Position numbers and translations under genes: made by a program. A stretch of DNA of 30,295 nucleotides from a virus (taxonomy: Duplodnaviria > Caudoviricetes), in IMG/VR virus record IMGVR_UViG_3300035228_002167, positions 1 through 30,295 of that record; one strand, written 5' to 3'. Position 1 is the stretch's first letter. The number at the start of each line of letters is the position of its first letter. Below, piece by piece: positions 6,760 through 18,700 of this stretch. The notes beneath the pieces were generated by a model that saw nothing but the letters and a program-made list of their open reading frames with translations, did no database searches and was not told the DNA's origin.

Positions 6760-9700
6760 CTGAGTGCAATAATTCTAAGATCTGCAAAACGAGGCGACTG
6801 TGCTTGATTAGAACTTGACATTACAATCTTAATTCCATATCCAGTAAATAGGTCCAAATTATCAATCGTAAATTCATATTCTAAAAATTCACCATCTAAA
6901 CTTGCTCCAATTTTTCTATCCGGCAATCCACTATTTTTGGATGGATCAACGACCAAGAAACCCTCATTTGTCTGCTTAAGATTATCATATCCTGGGAACA
7001 AATCATATGATTGTTCAATTTCACTGGAATCTGCTTTTATTGTGGTATAAAGAAGTCTAAAGTCAGCATCTCCAGGTCTTTCTGCAGCAATAATAACTTT
7101 AAGTCCAGATGCTGGATTTTGGAGAGTTGTAATATTTGAATAATATACTGATGAATGTGGATCATCAACAATTGAATTGACACGATTATCATTGGGATAA
7201 TCAGTGATTGGTTTATTCAATCTATTAACATTAAGTGTAGATCCTGCTTGATCCAAATTTAGTATCGGAGAAAGTGCATTATTTGGATCATTTGAATTGA
7301 ATGTAATAGCAGTAGTAAGTGATTTATTTCTTGGTAGAGAGGTTAAATATTCATTTTGATTTGTCTCTGAAGCAACCATCCTTAAGGAAGATAGTGTATT
7401 TGATGAATTTAATTGAACTTCTTCATATCCGTTATCATTGAATGAAACCTCTTCCCCACTAACACTAGTTGCAGTTGTTGTTCTAACCTTCCCTGTTACG
7501 GAGGTAGTTGATCCTGGAGTAAGTACATCATATGATGGAGTTATTGAGTTATATACCAGGTTTTCGGAAGCAGTAACTAAATCTCCTCCAATTAATTTTT
7601 CGTCATTGAAAGATAATTCTGGAGAATCTGTACTGGACCCATCATTTAATCTATTATTTCCTTTTGATGCTGATCTATCAATTCTAATATGATAACTATC
7701 AATATCAATTGGGGCATTAATAGAAGTGCTAATTCCATTAATTCTTCTCAAGGAAATTCCACCAAATTCATATTTTTCAACAACACTATTTAATGAATGA
7801 TTAATTGAAATTGTTCCATCAGTTGCTCTACCACTTGAAGAAATAGTCAATACTCCACCAGTTGCATTATTATATCCAATAATTTCATTTCCAATTTTTA
7901 CATATCCAATATATGAACCACTTACTGGTCTTCCCTCAAATGTTTCAAAATCAGATGAAGAAGATACATTGATAGATGAAGATTCTTCGACCGTTAGTTG
8001 TGATGTTAATACTGTTGTTGGAATATCCGATTTAATGTTATCAACAACTAGTTTGTTGGTCGTTGAATACATTCCATGATTAAAGTGATCTACTTTAAAA
8101 TAATCTCCAGAATAAACCCCACCATCTGCAGATGAAGATACAATGTTAGTTCCTGCAGCAGAAACAATTGTACTGGCACCACTAAAATAACTCAAAGCAA
8201 CTCCAACAGCAAATTCTTTTCCACTACCACTACCACCAAATTCACCTTGAACATTAGTAAGATATAGAGTATTGAGACCATAAATCCCGCCAATAGTTAC
8301 CCTTGCATCTCTACCAGTTTCTGTTGATGTCGTCGAAGTTTGAATACCAATAACATCTCCAACTTGATATCCGGTTCCATAATCGGGATGGACTGTAGAA
8401 TGTGCCACCCCGGTAATGACTCCACTTGCATTTGTGGTTATACGAAGTTTTAGTCCCTCTCCTTTTCCAGAGAAATTGAACGTGCTTACTGCTTCGCCGG
8501 TAACACTCGCTGGATAATTTTGTCCCGGTTCAGTCAATGTCGAAGCATCGCTGACGGAACTACCTTGTCCAACAATAATTGCTGATCCTCCATTACCATT
8601 AACTCCAGCAAGTTTTCTGCCAATAGTTGCGATTCCAATAAAATCACTTTCTGTTGTTGTAACAATACCAATCTTTCCTGTTTTTGGAAGAATTGTAATT
8701 GGATTATTGATCAACTCTGGAACATAATCATTACTTTGATCTAAAGGTGGATTATAGAAATATGCAGTTCCTGAACTTTGAGTAAACTCTGCCTTATAAA
8801 GTTTAAATTTCAAATCTTGATTTTGATCGGTTGACCAGATAGATCCATTTTGAGACTTGAATAGAGATCCAAGAGCAAACTGTTTAGTATAAATGACCTG
8901 ATCAACATCAGGAAGTTGTTGTGTGTTGACAGTCTTATCTCCCATAACAGCTGTCCACACTTCATATTCATCACTTTGATCTGATATTAAAACTACTGCA
9001 TATTCTCTACCAGGTGCCAGGAATATTGGTTCCGGGAATCTAATATTTGTAGCAATTTCTCCAGTGTCTGATGTTTGAATTAGTTGTGTTTCAACACCAT
9101 TAACAGTACCTCTTGGTCTAAGAATTACTGGTTTTCCAATAGTTGTAAGTGTTGGTGTCCCTAATTGAGTTTCTCTTACTTCTACTCTAATTGGTGCATT
9201 GCCACTATCAATTGTAGCAAAAAATACATCTACTGATGTTAAAAATACTCCGTTCACGTCATCATCAGTATCAATATCAGATTTGACTTGAATATTACCA
9301 CCAACAGTAAATGTTTGTGCTAAAGGATCAGTATATTCAACATTAACACGTCTTCTTAAATTCAGATTTACGGTACTTGAAATATTTGTTCTTGTGGTTT
9401 CTCTTGTTACCGTTGCTTGGAATCTTAAGATAGTTCCATTTGCAGTATATGATGTTTCTGCAAAAGAAATTGAATTACTTCCTGGTAAACCTTTTTCATT
9501 TGTAGAACTGGATGATAATTTATAAGTCTTTGTTCCAGTACGTAATCTAACACTTGGTGGTGGATTTGAATGTGGAAATCTAATAAAGAATGATCCAATA
9601 AGATCTCCAAAATTATCCGAAATTAATCTAACATTCTTTACAGAAGCAATAGCATTACTAGTCTGTCCAACTAATTGCATACCAGACTGAATATATCCAA

Positions 9701-12700
9701 AATATATTCCTATTGCCCTCCGAGAAAGTGCATCAACATCAACATTGAGAACATTTGATGTGGAACTATAGGATGTACCTAAAGTTTGAGTTTTATCATA
9801 TGGATTCTGATTATATGTTGAATCTGGACTTGAAATAGATCCCGATTTATGATCTGGTCTACATACTCTAAATCTAATTCTTTCAACACCTCCTACAGTT
9901 CCAATAACAGTCTCTCCAATTGTAAATGCATTAGATACATTTTCAATTTCTATAAGTTTTGGAATTACATCTACTTCACTTCTTCCATCTAAGAATTGAT
10001 AATATCTTGTATTTGGTTTTAAATTAGATGCATTAAATTTTACATTTCTAGATCTAATAAACCACTGATCTTGATTGCCAACTACTTCATTACGAATACT
10101 AGTATCTACAGTGTCAAAAGATCCACTAGACGTACTTGAGGCCCTAAATCTGAAATTTCCTAACCGCCGTGCTAGTCTTCTCCTAGCTCTTCTTCCTCTT
10201 CCCCCACGAACTCTGACATTCTTGGTAATGTTATCTCTAAGGCTATTGACTAAATTAACATCATTTGTTCTAGTAACTCCCCTATCAATTGTTCTATCAG
10301 CTAACTGAATTGTTCTAGTCCAACTATCGACTGCAGGATCTAATGTAACTGTTCCATTATAAACAACAATGTTAAATGGATTTACATTTTCAACTTTAGT
10401 AGCAAATGGTTGTTGCAACCAATCAATTTGATCATATGCAAGTGTTAATGTATTTCCTGTTTTTTCTATATTAGAATCTAAAAGTACTAAAGGGGTAGTT
10501 GAATACTTATCTGCACTCAAATCCAAATTTTCTGGAGTAAAATTATCTAAAGTCGCTATTAATGATTCTAATGAATTGCTACTAATATCAGAATTGAGTG
10601 TTCTTGATTCTTCGTCAACTAATGTTGTTGATTCAAAAGTATCAAATCTAGAACTGTCAGAAAAATCATCAACAAAAAATCCACTCTTAAATCTATCAGA
10701 ACCTTCAGAATCTTTTATCTGTAGTGTTTGAGTATTAACTTCAAGTAAAGAAAGGGTTGTTATTCTTTCTAAATTTTCTACCCTATCTTCAATGATACCA
10801 ATATCTCTCATTGTATATCTTCTATTATCAGTTAAGATAATATCTGCATCTGATGCACTATAAAGATATGCTGGATATTCTATAGTCCCAAGTTCTAAAA
10901 ATTCACCTTTTTTGGTGGGTGGTTTTGGATTTTTTGAAGATACTCCTTTATCTACAACAAAATTGCCAAGAATGTCAAGATAAATTTTATCTATTCTAGG
11001 AAGATAGAAACTTTGACTGATTACAGAACCTTCTTCAGGTGCCAGAAGTCTCAATGGAGATGTATTGAATTGTGTTGTTCTAGAGACAAAATCAAATGGT
11101 GATCTATCAGTTGTTGCTGCGGGATCAAAAACTGCTACTCTAGGTCTAAAATCTAAAGTATCTGTTGCTCTAATAGAACCTCCAATATTTGGAATATCTT
11201 TAGAAAATCTTTCACTATCATAACTATCTACCGTAAATACATCTCCAGTATCATCTCCAGGAACAGTATAGTGATCAAAAACTACCATTAAACGTCTTGA
11301 TGGTTCTTGAATGTTTTTGTTTCTTACAATTCTCGAATAATCATAATACTGATTTTTTTGTCCTCTATTCAACTTGAAAGATTGTGTTATATTACTATAA
11401 TTTCCATTTGTTATAGAATCAACTTGAGTATTAATTACAGATTCTTCAAAAGATACTACTTCTCCAACTGAAAATTTGTTTCCGTTTAAGTAAACAATTC
11501 CCAATTTATTTGCATTTCCGGAAGCAGGAGTGGTAGTACTATTAGTTACAACTCTAGCAATGGCATTACTTGTAGATCCTATAATATTTTCTCCAATTAT
11601 TGCATTAGATCCAACATTTGCGATAATAGGAAATTCGATAATATCAAAAGATGGATCATTACTATTCAATGATTCATAAACTGCAAGTACTTTTGAAACA
11701 TCAGGATAATTTAATGAAATATCTTCATCTTGAACTCTTAATCCATAATATTGATTAAAATTCAATCCATCATTTTTGGAGGTTACGGCAGTAGTTCCAG
11801 ATTCTTTTAATTTAGATCTATTTACAAATAAAACCGTACTTCTAGAATAATTTTTTGTTTTACTTTGAATTCCAATCTTAAGTGCTGTCACATTGACAAC
11901 ATTATTGGATGAGTTTGTTAATCCTTTTATAGTTACTGTACTTGAAGTCTGACTAAAGGCATCTGGTGATAAAGTTGCGATTACACCACTACTATTAGTC
12001 AAGGCATATCTCTCTTGATCAAAATTAACCCAAGATGAATTGGTTGGTGTTCCGGTAAGATCAGAAGTATTTACGGTAAGGGTATTGCCCGATATAGTTT
12101 TTCCTGGTATTTGGTCAATGAAAAACAGTTGTGAATTGGAGAGATCAATTGCAGAAGCATTTTGCTCTGGTAAGGGTGCAAATAATGTTCCAGATCCTCT
12201 TACAATAGGTGCACCTAAAAATCCATTAACTTGAACTTGAGAACCCGGCAAACCACCTTCAAAAACTCCAAGAACATTTGATATTGCGGAAACCTCAAAT
12301 GACAGTGCATCTGCTGCCACACTAGATATTTTATTATAAGTTTCTGTAGATAAACCAGCTTGCTGATATCTAATTACAGTATCGGTATTAATTCCGACAA
12401 AAGTACGTCCAGGAGATGTTACTGTAGAAATAGCAGGATTTCCACTACCTGGACTAATTACCAATTGAGATACAGAACCAGGAAAATTGAATGATTCTAA
12501 AATTGAATCTGCCTCAAAATTATTAGATCCACCAAAAGGTGTTATTTGTTTTACTGATTTAATATTTTGTGTATTATATGCACGAACTTCAGTTACAGAT
12601 CTTGAGGATTCTATCCCATTAATTAATAAAATTTCACCCTTAGCGAACGTTCCAGAAGTCTGCCTCAAGAAAATTTGATTAGATGCTCCATCTGCTGTTG

Positions 12701-14165
12701 CAAAACCACTGGCTCCTGTACTCTTTCCTTTGATAAAGAACGACTGTTTTACGTCAGATGATGTAACAGTTTCATTTAAAGTTAATCTTGTATATGTTTG
12801 AATATCATATAACCTTAAATCCCAACTAGTGGTTTTATTAGTATATGCAGAATCTGTTAAATTAAATGAATATACTCTAGATTCTCCAATTTGACTTCCT
12901 AAACATCCAAATTGAGAGTATAATGCGATAGTCTCTCTTACCTTTGCTAATCCAGTTACGTTATTAACTCTCAATATATTTCCCATTTCAAATGGGACTG
13001 TAACATTTTTAATATCTTCAGTGTCCCTTGGATTATCTACATCAATAATAGTAGATGATACTTTTTCAATATCATATCCTTTTACATATGCTTTTCCTGG
13101 TGATATTTTTAATGCCGATAAATTATCCGAGGGAGTATTTCCATCATCAGTTTGTTCATTAGAAAAATATATTCCATCATTACCCAATCTATCGTTTAAT
13201 GACTCTTCTAAATCTAGATCAAATGGATCTACAGTATAATTTCCCGATTCATCAAAAGTTCTATCAGCAAGATAGTCTCTAATTAAATTATATTGTGTTT
13301 TTGTTGTTATTTTTTTGACTTTTCCATTCTTTAATCTCAATAACTCTACAAAATTAGTATCGTTAGTATCTGTTAATGATCTTTTTGTGAGAGTTAATGT
13401 AATTTTTAATCTATCTGCACCAGGTGAGGCATAATTTGAAAATCCTTTTGCATTATCAAATAAAGATTCGTCTTCTTTTGCATTAATTAAGGATTCATTA
13501 ATTTGTAGTCCAACTCTATATGATGGTGTATTTGTATAAAAGTCTAGGAGAATTGTTTGAGATAAAACATTTACAAAATAACCCCTTATAAAATAAACAC
13601 CATCACCAATAGATGCGGATGATCCTATTGCAGCTGCATCAGAACTAATAGATGAAGCAAATGGAGTTCCAGAATTTATTGTTGTATTGCCATAAACTAT
13701 ATTTTTATTGGAAGACAACAATTCTCCATCTTGGAATTGTGAGAATTGGGAATTATTATCAGACTCTAGATATTTTACATATAATGTTATATATTCTACA
13801 TCGTCACTTTCTGTCGGTAAAATTACTTTTTGAACTCTAGCAGTAACTCCAGAAACTTGCCCCGATATGGTTTCTCCAACAAATTTGTCAATATACAATG
13901 ATACATCAATTCCAAATTGTGTGGTATTTACCTTTACTGCATAAAATTGTCCATCATATGAAATATTTCCTGGGATGACAACTGATCCCTCTTTGAATAT
14001 ATGGGTTCCAAAATTTTCTACTTGATTTTGAAGAATCGACTGTAAAGTCGTCAGTTCTCTAGACTGAACAGGATATCCTGGTTTGAATAAAACTTTTAAA
14101 AAGTTATTTGTAGAGTCAAAATCATCATAGTATGGATTGACATTTAAATTTGTTTTTTGCGACAT
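6756..14165 (-). CDS. Large virion structural protein, DUF4815/VrlC-like (2469 aa)
   Basis: TNLNVNPYYDDFD...LFKPG..VQSRELTTLQSILQNQ, PGADRLKI, RTFDESGNY, DFRP, YLPRIDK, RRYTMRDIG, RFKSGFFVDDF, DPLAQTF, GSLFKSQN...W...Q..DLKF motifs; follows gp8 as in T4-like cyanophages. The family name is from recall, not a search. Confidence 0.82.
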   Translation of the reverse strand: MSQKTNLNVNPYYDDFDSTNNFLKVLFKPGYPVQSRELTTLQSILQNQVENFGTHIFKEGSVVIPGNISYDGQFYAVKVNTTQFGIDVSLYIDKFVGETISGQVSGVTARVQKVILPTESDDVEYITLYVKYLESDNNSQFSQFQDGELLSSNKNIVYGNTTINSGTPFASSISSDAAAIGSSASIGDGVYFIRGYFVNVLSQTILLDFYTNTPSYRVGLQINESLINAKEDESLFDNAKGFSNYASPGADRLKITLTLTKRSLTDTNDTNFVELLRLKNGKVKKITTKTQYNLIRDYLADRTFDESGNYTVDPFDLDLEESLNDRLGNDGIYFSNEQTDDGNTPSDNLSALKISPGKAYVKGYDIEKVSSTIIDVDNPRDTEDIKNVTVPFEMGNILRVNNVTGLAKVRETIALYSQFGCLGSQIGESRVYSFNLTDSAYTNKTTSWDLRLYDIQTYTRLTLNETVTSSDVKQSFFIKGKSTGASGFATADGASNQIFLRQTSGTFAKGEILLINGIESSRSVTEVRAYNTQNIKSVKQITPFGGSNNFEADSILESFNFPGSVSQLVISPGSGNPAISTVTSPGRTFVGINTDTVIRYQQAGLSTETYNKISSVAADALSFEVSAISNVLGVFEGGLPGSQVQVNGFLGAPIVRGSGTLFAPLPEQNASAIDLSNSQLFFIDQIPGKTISGNTLTVNTSDLTGTPTNSSWVNFDQERYALTNSSGVIATLSPDAFSQTSSTVTIKGLTNSSNNVVNVTALKIGIQSKTKNYSRSTVLFVNRSKLKESGTTAVTSKNDGLNFNQYYGLRVQDEDISLNYPDVSKVLAVYESLNSNDPSFDIIEFPIIANVGSNAIIGENIIGSTSNAIARVVTNSTTTPASGNANKLGIVYLNGNKFSVGEVVSFEESVINTQVDSITNGNYSNITQSFKLNRGQKNQYYDYSRIVRNKNIQEPSRRLMVVFDHYTVPGDDTGDVFTVDSYDSERFSKDIPNIGGSIRATDTLDFRPRVAVFDPAATTDRSPFDFVSRTTQFNTSPLRLLAPEEGSVISQSFYLPRIDKIYLDILGNFVVDKGVSSKNPKPPTKKGEFLELGTIEYPAYLYSASDADIILTDNRRYTMRDIGIIEDRVENLERITTLSLLEVNTQTLQIKDSEGSDRFKSGFFVDDFSDSSRFDTFESTTLVDEESRTLNSDISSNSLESLIATLDNFTPENLDLSADKYSTTPLVLLDSNIEKTGNTLTLAYDQIDWLQQPFATKVENVNPFNIVVYNGTVTLDPAVDSWTRTIQLADRTIDRGVTRTNDVNLVNSLRDNITKNVRVRGGRGRRARRRLARRLGNFRFRASSTSSGSFDTVDTSIRNEVVGNQDQWFIRSRNVKFNASNLKPNTRYYQFLDGRSEVDVIPKLIEIENVSNAFTIGETVIGTVGGVERIRFRVCRPDHKSGSISSPDSTYNQNPYDKTQTLGTSYSSTSNVLNVDVDALSRRAIGIYFGYIQSGMQLVGQTSNAIASVKNVRLISDNFGDLIGSFFIRFPHSNPPPSVRLRTGTKTYKLSSSSTNEKGLPGSNSISFAETSYTANGTILRFQATVTRETTRTNISSTVNLNLRRRVNVEYTDPLAQTFTVGGNIQVKSDIDTDDDVNGVFLTSVDVFFATIDSGNAPIRVEVRETQLGTPTLTTIGKPVILRPRGTVNGVETQLIQTSDTGEIATNIRFPEPIFLAPGREYAVVLISDQSDEYEVWTAVMGDKTVNTQQLPDVDQVIYTKQFALGSLFKSQNGSIWSTDQNQDLKFKLYKAEFTQSSGTAYFYNPPLDQSNDYVPELINNPITILPKTGKIGIVTTTESDFIGIATIGRKLAGVNGNGGSAIIVGQGSSVSDASTLTEPGQNYPASVTGEAVSTFNFSGKGEGLKLRITTNASGVITGVAHSTVHPDYGTGYQVGDVIGIQTSTTSTETGRDARVTIGGIYGLNTLYLTNVQGEFGGSGSGKEFAVGVALSYFSGASTIVSAAGTNIVSSSADGGVYSGDYFKVDHFNHGMYSTTNKLVVDNIKSDIPTTVLTSQLTVEESSSINVSSSSDFETFEGRPVSGSYIGYVKIGNEIIGYNNATGGVLTISSSGRATDGTISINHSLNSVVEKYEFGGISLRRINGISTSINAPIDIDSYHIRIDRSASKGNNRLNDGSSTDSPELSFNDEKLIGGDLVTASENLVYNSITPSYDVLTPGSTTSVTGKVRTTTATSVSGEEVSFNDNGYEEVQLNSSNTLSSLRMVASETNQNEYLTSLPRNKSLTTAITFNSNDPNNALSPILNLDQAGSTLNVNRLNKPITDYPNDNRVNSIVDDPHSSVYYSNITTLQNPASGLKVIIAAERPGDADFRLLYTTIKADSSEIEQSYDLFPGYDNLKQTNEGFLVVDPSKNSGLPDRKIGASLDGEFLEYEFTIDNLDLFTGYGIKIVMSSSNQAQSPRFADLRIIALR

Positions 14166-14171
14166 TTTTCT

Positions 14172-15746
14172 TTAGAATTCCAGGATAATTTTGATGTCTT
14201 CTTTTTGCCTAGAGTCTCTCGTAACGAGAGAACGATTATCAATGTAAATAATATCTCCGGTGTTTTTATTTATCTCAGGATTGGCAACCCCTCCTGAGAA
14301 AGTTACTCCCAAACTAACTTGTTTAGATCCAATAGTTGTTGTAATTCCACTGAAATTTATATCAACTGATCCTGATATTGGAGTAATTGTATTTGTTGTT
14401 GAAGCAAAACTTACAATATTTGCTTTTGCAGTAACATCATTTCTATCAGTTTGATCGAGAGTGTTTGCAAAATTTAAGGATCTATCTTGATAATACTTTA
14501 AAACTCTCGTTTCTGTATCATATGATGCGATATAACCTCTAGCAGTTCCATCATCAGTAGATTGAGTTATTGCAGCACCAACAGTAGGAGATCCACTAAA
14601 TGTATTATCTAATTTAATAGCTCCTAATGAAGAATAATCATTTCCAGTGAAAATTGTTCCTGCTGAACTATATTTTTCTGGATTTTTAACAATTCCAACT
14701 TGAGCAAATTTAGTATCCGTTGGAAAATCTTTAGTGGAATCATCAAACCTAGAATAAACTAAAACTTTATCAGCACCTAATTCATTATATACGTCATAAC
14801 CATGTCCTCTAGATGGAGGAATGATTGGAATTAATTTTGCCGGATTTGAAATAGTGTCAGTTTCTGCATGTCCAAAATCAACGATGCCGAAAGTATATCC
14901 ACTACCACCAGAAACAACTGTTGCTTTTGTAATATTTGCAGCGGTATTGACTTCAATATTTACCTTTGCTCCAGACCCATCCCCTTTAATATCATAAGTT
15001 CCTGCAGTATATACTCCACTACCACCATTTTCAATATATACAGTTTTTATCTGGTTATTGTTTATATTCGAATCTCCAGCATCTCTTACACTTTGAATTT
15101 CGAAATTGGTAGATGTTGTCCAGTCATTTGGAACAACAATATACTCTGTCGAATCAAATTTAACAATATCACTAGGAGATATGGTAAACAAATATTTCCA
15201 AATATAGTTGTCTCCACTGGTTCCAGCAGCAGATGGCTCTAAATCTGTAAATGTTGGTTCATCTTTGGATGTTTTTCCAAGTAATTCTGAAGATCCACCA
15301 ATGTCACCATGAGATCCATTATAAAGGCATATATAAACTTTAAATTCACTATTTACAACATAATAGTTGGTATCATAGAGTCTTGCACTTTGAGAATTGG
15401 GAGATAAATTATAAACACTGTAGTCATGACGATACATATCATACTTAGTGTTTGAAGTCCAAGAAACTTTTTTTATAATTCTTCTAACATTAGAACTGTT
15501 TAATTTTTTGCCAAACAGTGATGTATTTCTATAATGACTCAAATATTGTTGATTATCAACAGGACTTGGGGGATTTGATGGAACATCTCCCCAAGTAGTA
15601 CTCCTACCAAATCCCACAGGACTAGAAGTTGTTCCTGGATTTGATAATCCCAGAAAAACATAATATGAATTATTAGCGTCCAATATAGAATCTATGAAAT
15701 TATTAGCATTAGCAATTCTAAATTGATCTGTTACTATAGCAGCCAT
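14172..15746 (-). CDS. gp8: Baseplate wedge subunit gp8
   Basis: MAAIVTDQFRI.NA, W.....YDMYRHDYS, YYVVNSEFKVYICL.NG, EPTFTD, D.YIWKYLFTI, C-terminal GDIIYIDNR....R...QKEDIKIILEF. Confidence 0.92.
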   Translation of the reverse strand: MAAIVTDQFRIANANNFIDSILDANNSYYVFLGLSNPGTTSSPVGFGRSTTWGDVPSNPPSPVDNQQYLSHYRNTSLFGKKLNSSNVRRIIKKVSWTSNTKYDMYRHDYSVYNLSPNSQSARLYDTNYYVVNSEFKVYICLYNGSHGDIGGSSELLGKTSKDEPTFTDLEPSAAGTSGDNYIWKYLFTISPSDIVKFDSTEYIVVPNDWTTSTNFEIQSVRDAGDSNINNNQIKTVYIENGGSGVYTAGTYDIKGDGSGAKVNIEVNTAANITKATVVSGGSGYTFGIVDFGHAETDTISNPAKLIPIIPPSRGHGYDVYNELGADKVLVYSRFDDSTKDFPTDTKFAQVGIVKNPEKYSSAGTIFTGNDYSSLGAIKLDNTFSGSPTVGAAITQSTDDGTARGYIASYDTETRVLKYYQDRSLNFANTLDQTDRNDVTAKANIVSFASTTNTITPISGSVDINFSGITTTIGSKQVSLGVTFSGGVANPEINKNTGDIIYIDNRSLVTRDSRQKEDIKIILEF

Positions 15747-15763
15747 ATTACACAGTTTTTAGA

Positions 15764-15771
15764 TATTTATA
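15764..15771 (-). promoter_or_regulatory. T4-type late promoter TATAAATA upstream of gp8
   Basis: tatttata on the + strand in the 29-nt gp7/gp8 gap, 17 nt upstream of the ATG at 15746. Confidence 0.85.
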
Positions 15772-15775
15772 TCGT

Positions 15776-18700
15776 TTAGTTTAGTATTTCTGGAAGTGCA
15801 CCAATATTTCTAAGTCCTTCACTCCTTCTTTGAATTGTTGGGAATGTTGATAATCCAACATCAACAGTTTTTCCAGAAACTCCAATAGAAATTGGAGAAG
15901 AAGATCTTGTAAAATTTTGGAATGATCCCCAAGAGAATTTGCCCGTATTTCCATTAGCAGTTAGTCCAGTAACATCAGTTCCGGAATCAATATTGCAGGT
16001 AATAATTCCAACGCTTCCATTAGTAGATATTTGTCTAACATAATAAATGTTATCTACAAATGTTGTTCCAATACCAACTACGGCAGAATTTGAACTATCT
16101 ACTGATGTTACTCCACTTCCAATTGTAGTATTTTTGATAAATATTGGATTTCCAATATTCAAAACATTAGAACCATCATTGAAGATACCTGGAGATACAT
16201 CAAGTGTAAATTTAAGTGCTTTTGGATGACCACTAGTAGGAGATACTGCTTCAATTTCAGTCACATTTCCAGAGAAACCTTTTATACTTTCAATCTTGCT
16301 TAGATTTTCTAAATTGACATTGGGAAGTGGTGCGATAATTTTTGGTGCTACTGTATATCCAAATCCTGGATTTGTTATTGTAGTTGCTGTAATTGCTCCG
16401 TTAGTAACAGTCGCTGTTGCAGTAGCAGTTGTTCCCACACCTACATTTTGTGGATCATCGATTTGTAAAGGATTTTGTAATTTAATATTGACAGTGGATC
16501 CAACATATCCACTTCCACCATTTTCAATAGTAAGGGAAGAGACAGTTCCACCAGCACCGATTATTGCAGTTATATTTGCTGGAGACGAATCTAACTTACC
16601 ATCAACAATAATACTACTAAAGGTATATACATTTCCAAGATTGTAATCAAAATTACTCACATCATCAACATAAATTGTAGCATCTCCGATTTCAATATCT
16701 TTGATAATTTTTGCGGTTGGATAAATTTGAGCAATTATAGATGATCTCTTTTTAGAAACAAATTCTCCATTGATTACTCTATCAGTCTTCTGTTTTGTCC
16801 AAGACATCGGTTTGAAGTTTATTTCATCGACTCCTTGATCAATATATAAATTTGTTTCAAATTTGTCTGAAGATGATATATCAAAAATTGTTCTTTGATC
16901 TTGTGTTTCTGTTTCGGCAATAGTGTCATTTTTATAAACTTTAACATTATCACCTTTTTCTAAAGATGGAATAACATTTTCTACTAGGAGATCATCTTCT
17001 CCTCTTGTTCCTCTATAGAAGAAAATGTCAATTTTATCTTCTGGTTTGGGTGCAACAGAAAAAGCAAATGATGTTCCACCATCAAATGTATATGATTCTC
17101 CAGGTTCTTGGATAGTCCCATTAATAAATATGAGTAAAGCATTTTGTAGGTCTAAAGAAGAATCTTCTGGTTTTTGGAAACTCAATAATGATCCATTATA
17201 AAATAGAGGGAATCTTATTCTAATTCCATCTTGGAAATTCTCGACAGAATCAATATAATCAAGTTCTCCAAATTGCCAGGAGGCAAAATTATCATTAAAT
17301 ACTTCCAATACTGTCAGTTCAAATTCTGATAATGGAGACGTTAGACCTGCAGCAGTTACAAGTCCAACAGGTTTAAGTACATCACCTTTTCTGAATGAAT
17401 ATCCACTTCTTGTAATAGTGAAATTATCAACAGAATGATATGTTGACCCAATACCTGTAGTCGAACTTGCTCCAACATTAACATTGAGTAATAATCCAAT
17501 TCCAGTATCTGTTGTTAGACCCAATCCAATTCTAGACACACCAGTAACTTCGAGATTTTCATATGATGGTTCGGAAACAAATATTTTTGTTTGATTGGAA
17601 TAATTGGACCCACCATTCGTTACATTGAATGTTAATGTTCCTCCTGTTCCTACAGGTGAAGCAGTTATTACTGCACCAGAACCATTTCCAGTTGGATCGA
17701 CAATAGAAACTCCGATTGATACTATAGAATTATATCCTGATCCAACATTATCAGTGGTGCCAATACCAATACTATTTTGAATAGTACCACCACTTATAAT
17801 TGCCGTAACTGCCGCACCGGCAAGTGGTGCATATCCTTGACCTCCAGTAGATCCAAAAGATATGATAACTCCACCTCTAGGAATTTGATTCTGATTGACA
17901 TCCGATTCGGAAATTAAAATACTATTAGCATTTGAAATATCCGTTCTAATTCCACTAAACACAACGGAAGATATTCCCGTGGGTGTAGTTTGCTCGATAA
18001 TACTGAAATTATTTAATGGATTGTTTTGAGTTGTTGGTGTCTGGAAAATTCCATTAATAAATACAACTCCATTTCCTCCAATTGTCCCAATTCCAGCAGT
18101 ATTTGCTCCACCAACTGTTAATGTAAAAGTTCTACCAATTCCAGTAAACTCATCAGAAATATTATCAAAAATTTCATTCGTATCATAATTTTTTCTAAGG
18201 AATACTCTACCGGTAAAATCGGAAGTTTCAAATTCAAGATTATTTTCAGTTCTGCTAATATTTGAATTTCCTCTAGGTGGATTTGCGAAGAAAATACTAT
18301 CTCCAACAATATTATAAGATCCTTTATATATTCTAGCAACCGATGCTGAACTATGATTTATTGCCGATGATCCAACATGACCCCTTTCAACTTCAACCAA
18401 AGGAATTGTGCCGGTATTAGTTATAGGTCCAGTACTCAAAGTTCCAAGACCAACGTTAATAATATTCATGTATTCATCATCAACTCTCAAAATGTCTAGT
18501 GGATTAATTGTACTAATTCCACTGAGAGCAAATAATGTTGAAGTGGTGGAAATGTTTCCATTTAAAGTTTTAGCAACCTTAGTAAAAGCAATTGGATATT
18601 GAGCGATATTATCTACAGTAATCAATACTTTTTCATTCCTCTTTGCCATTGCAAATTCGTGACTATTTCCACTACCTAAAGAGGTAAAGGTGACAGCAGT

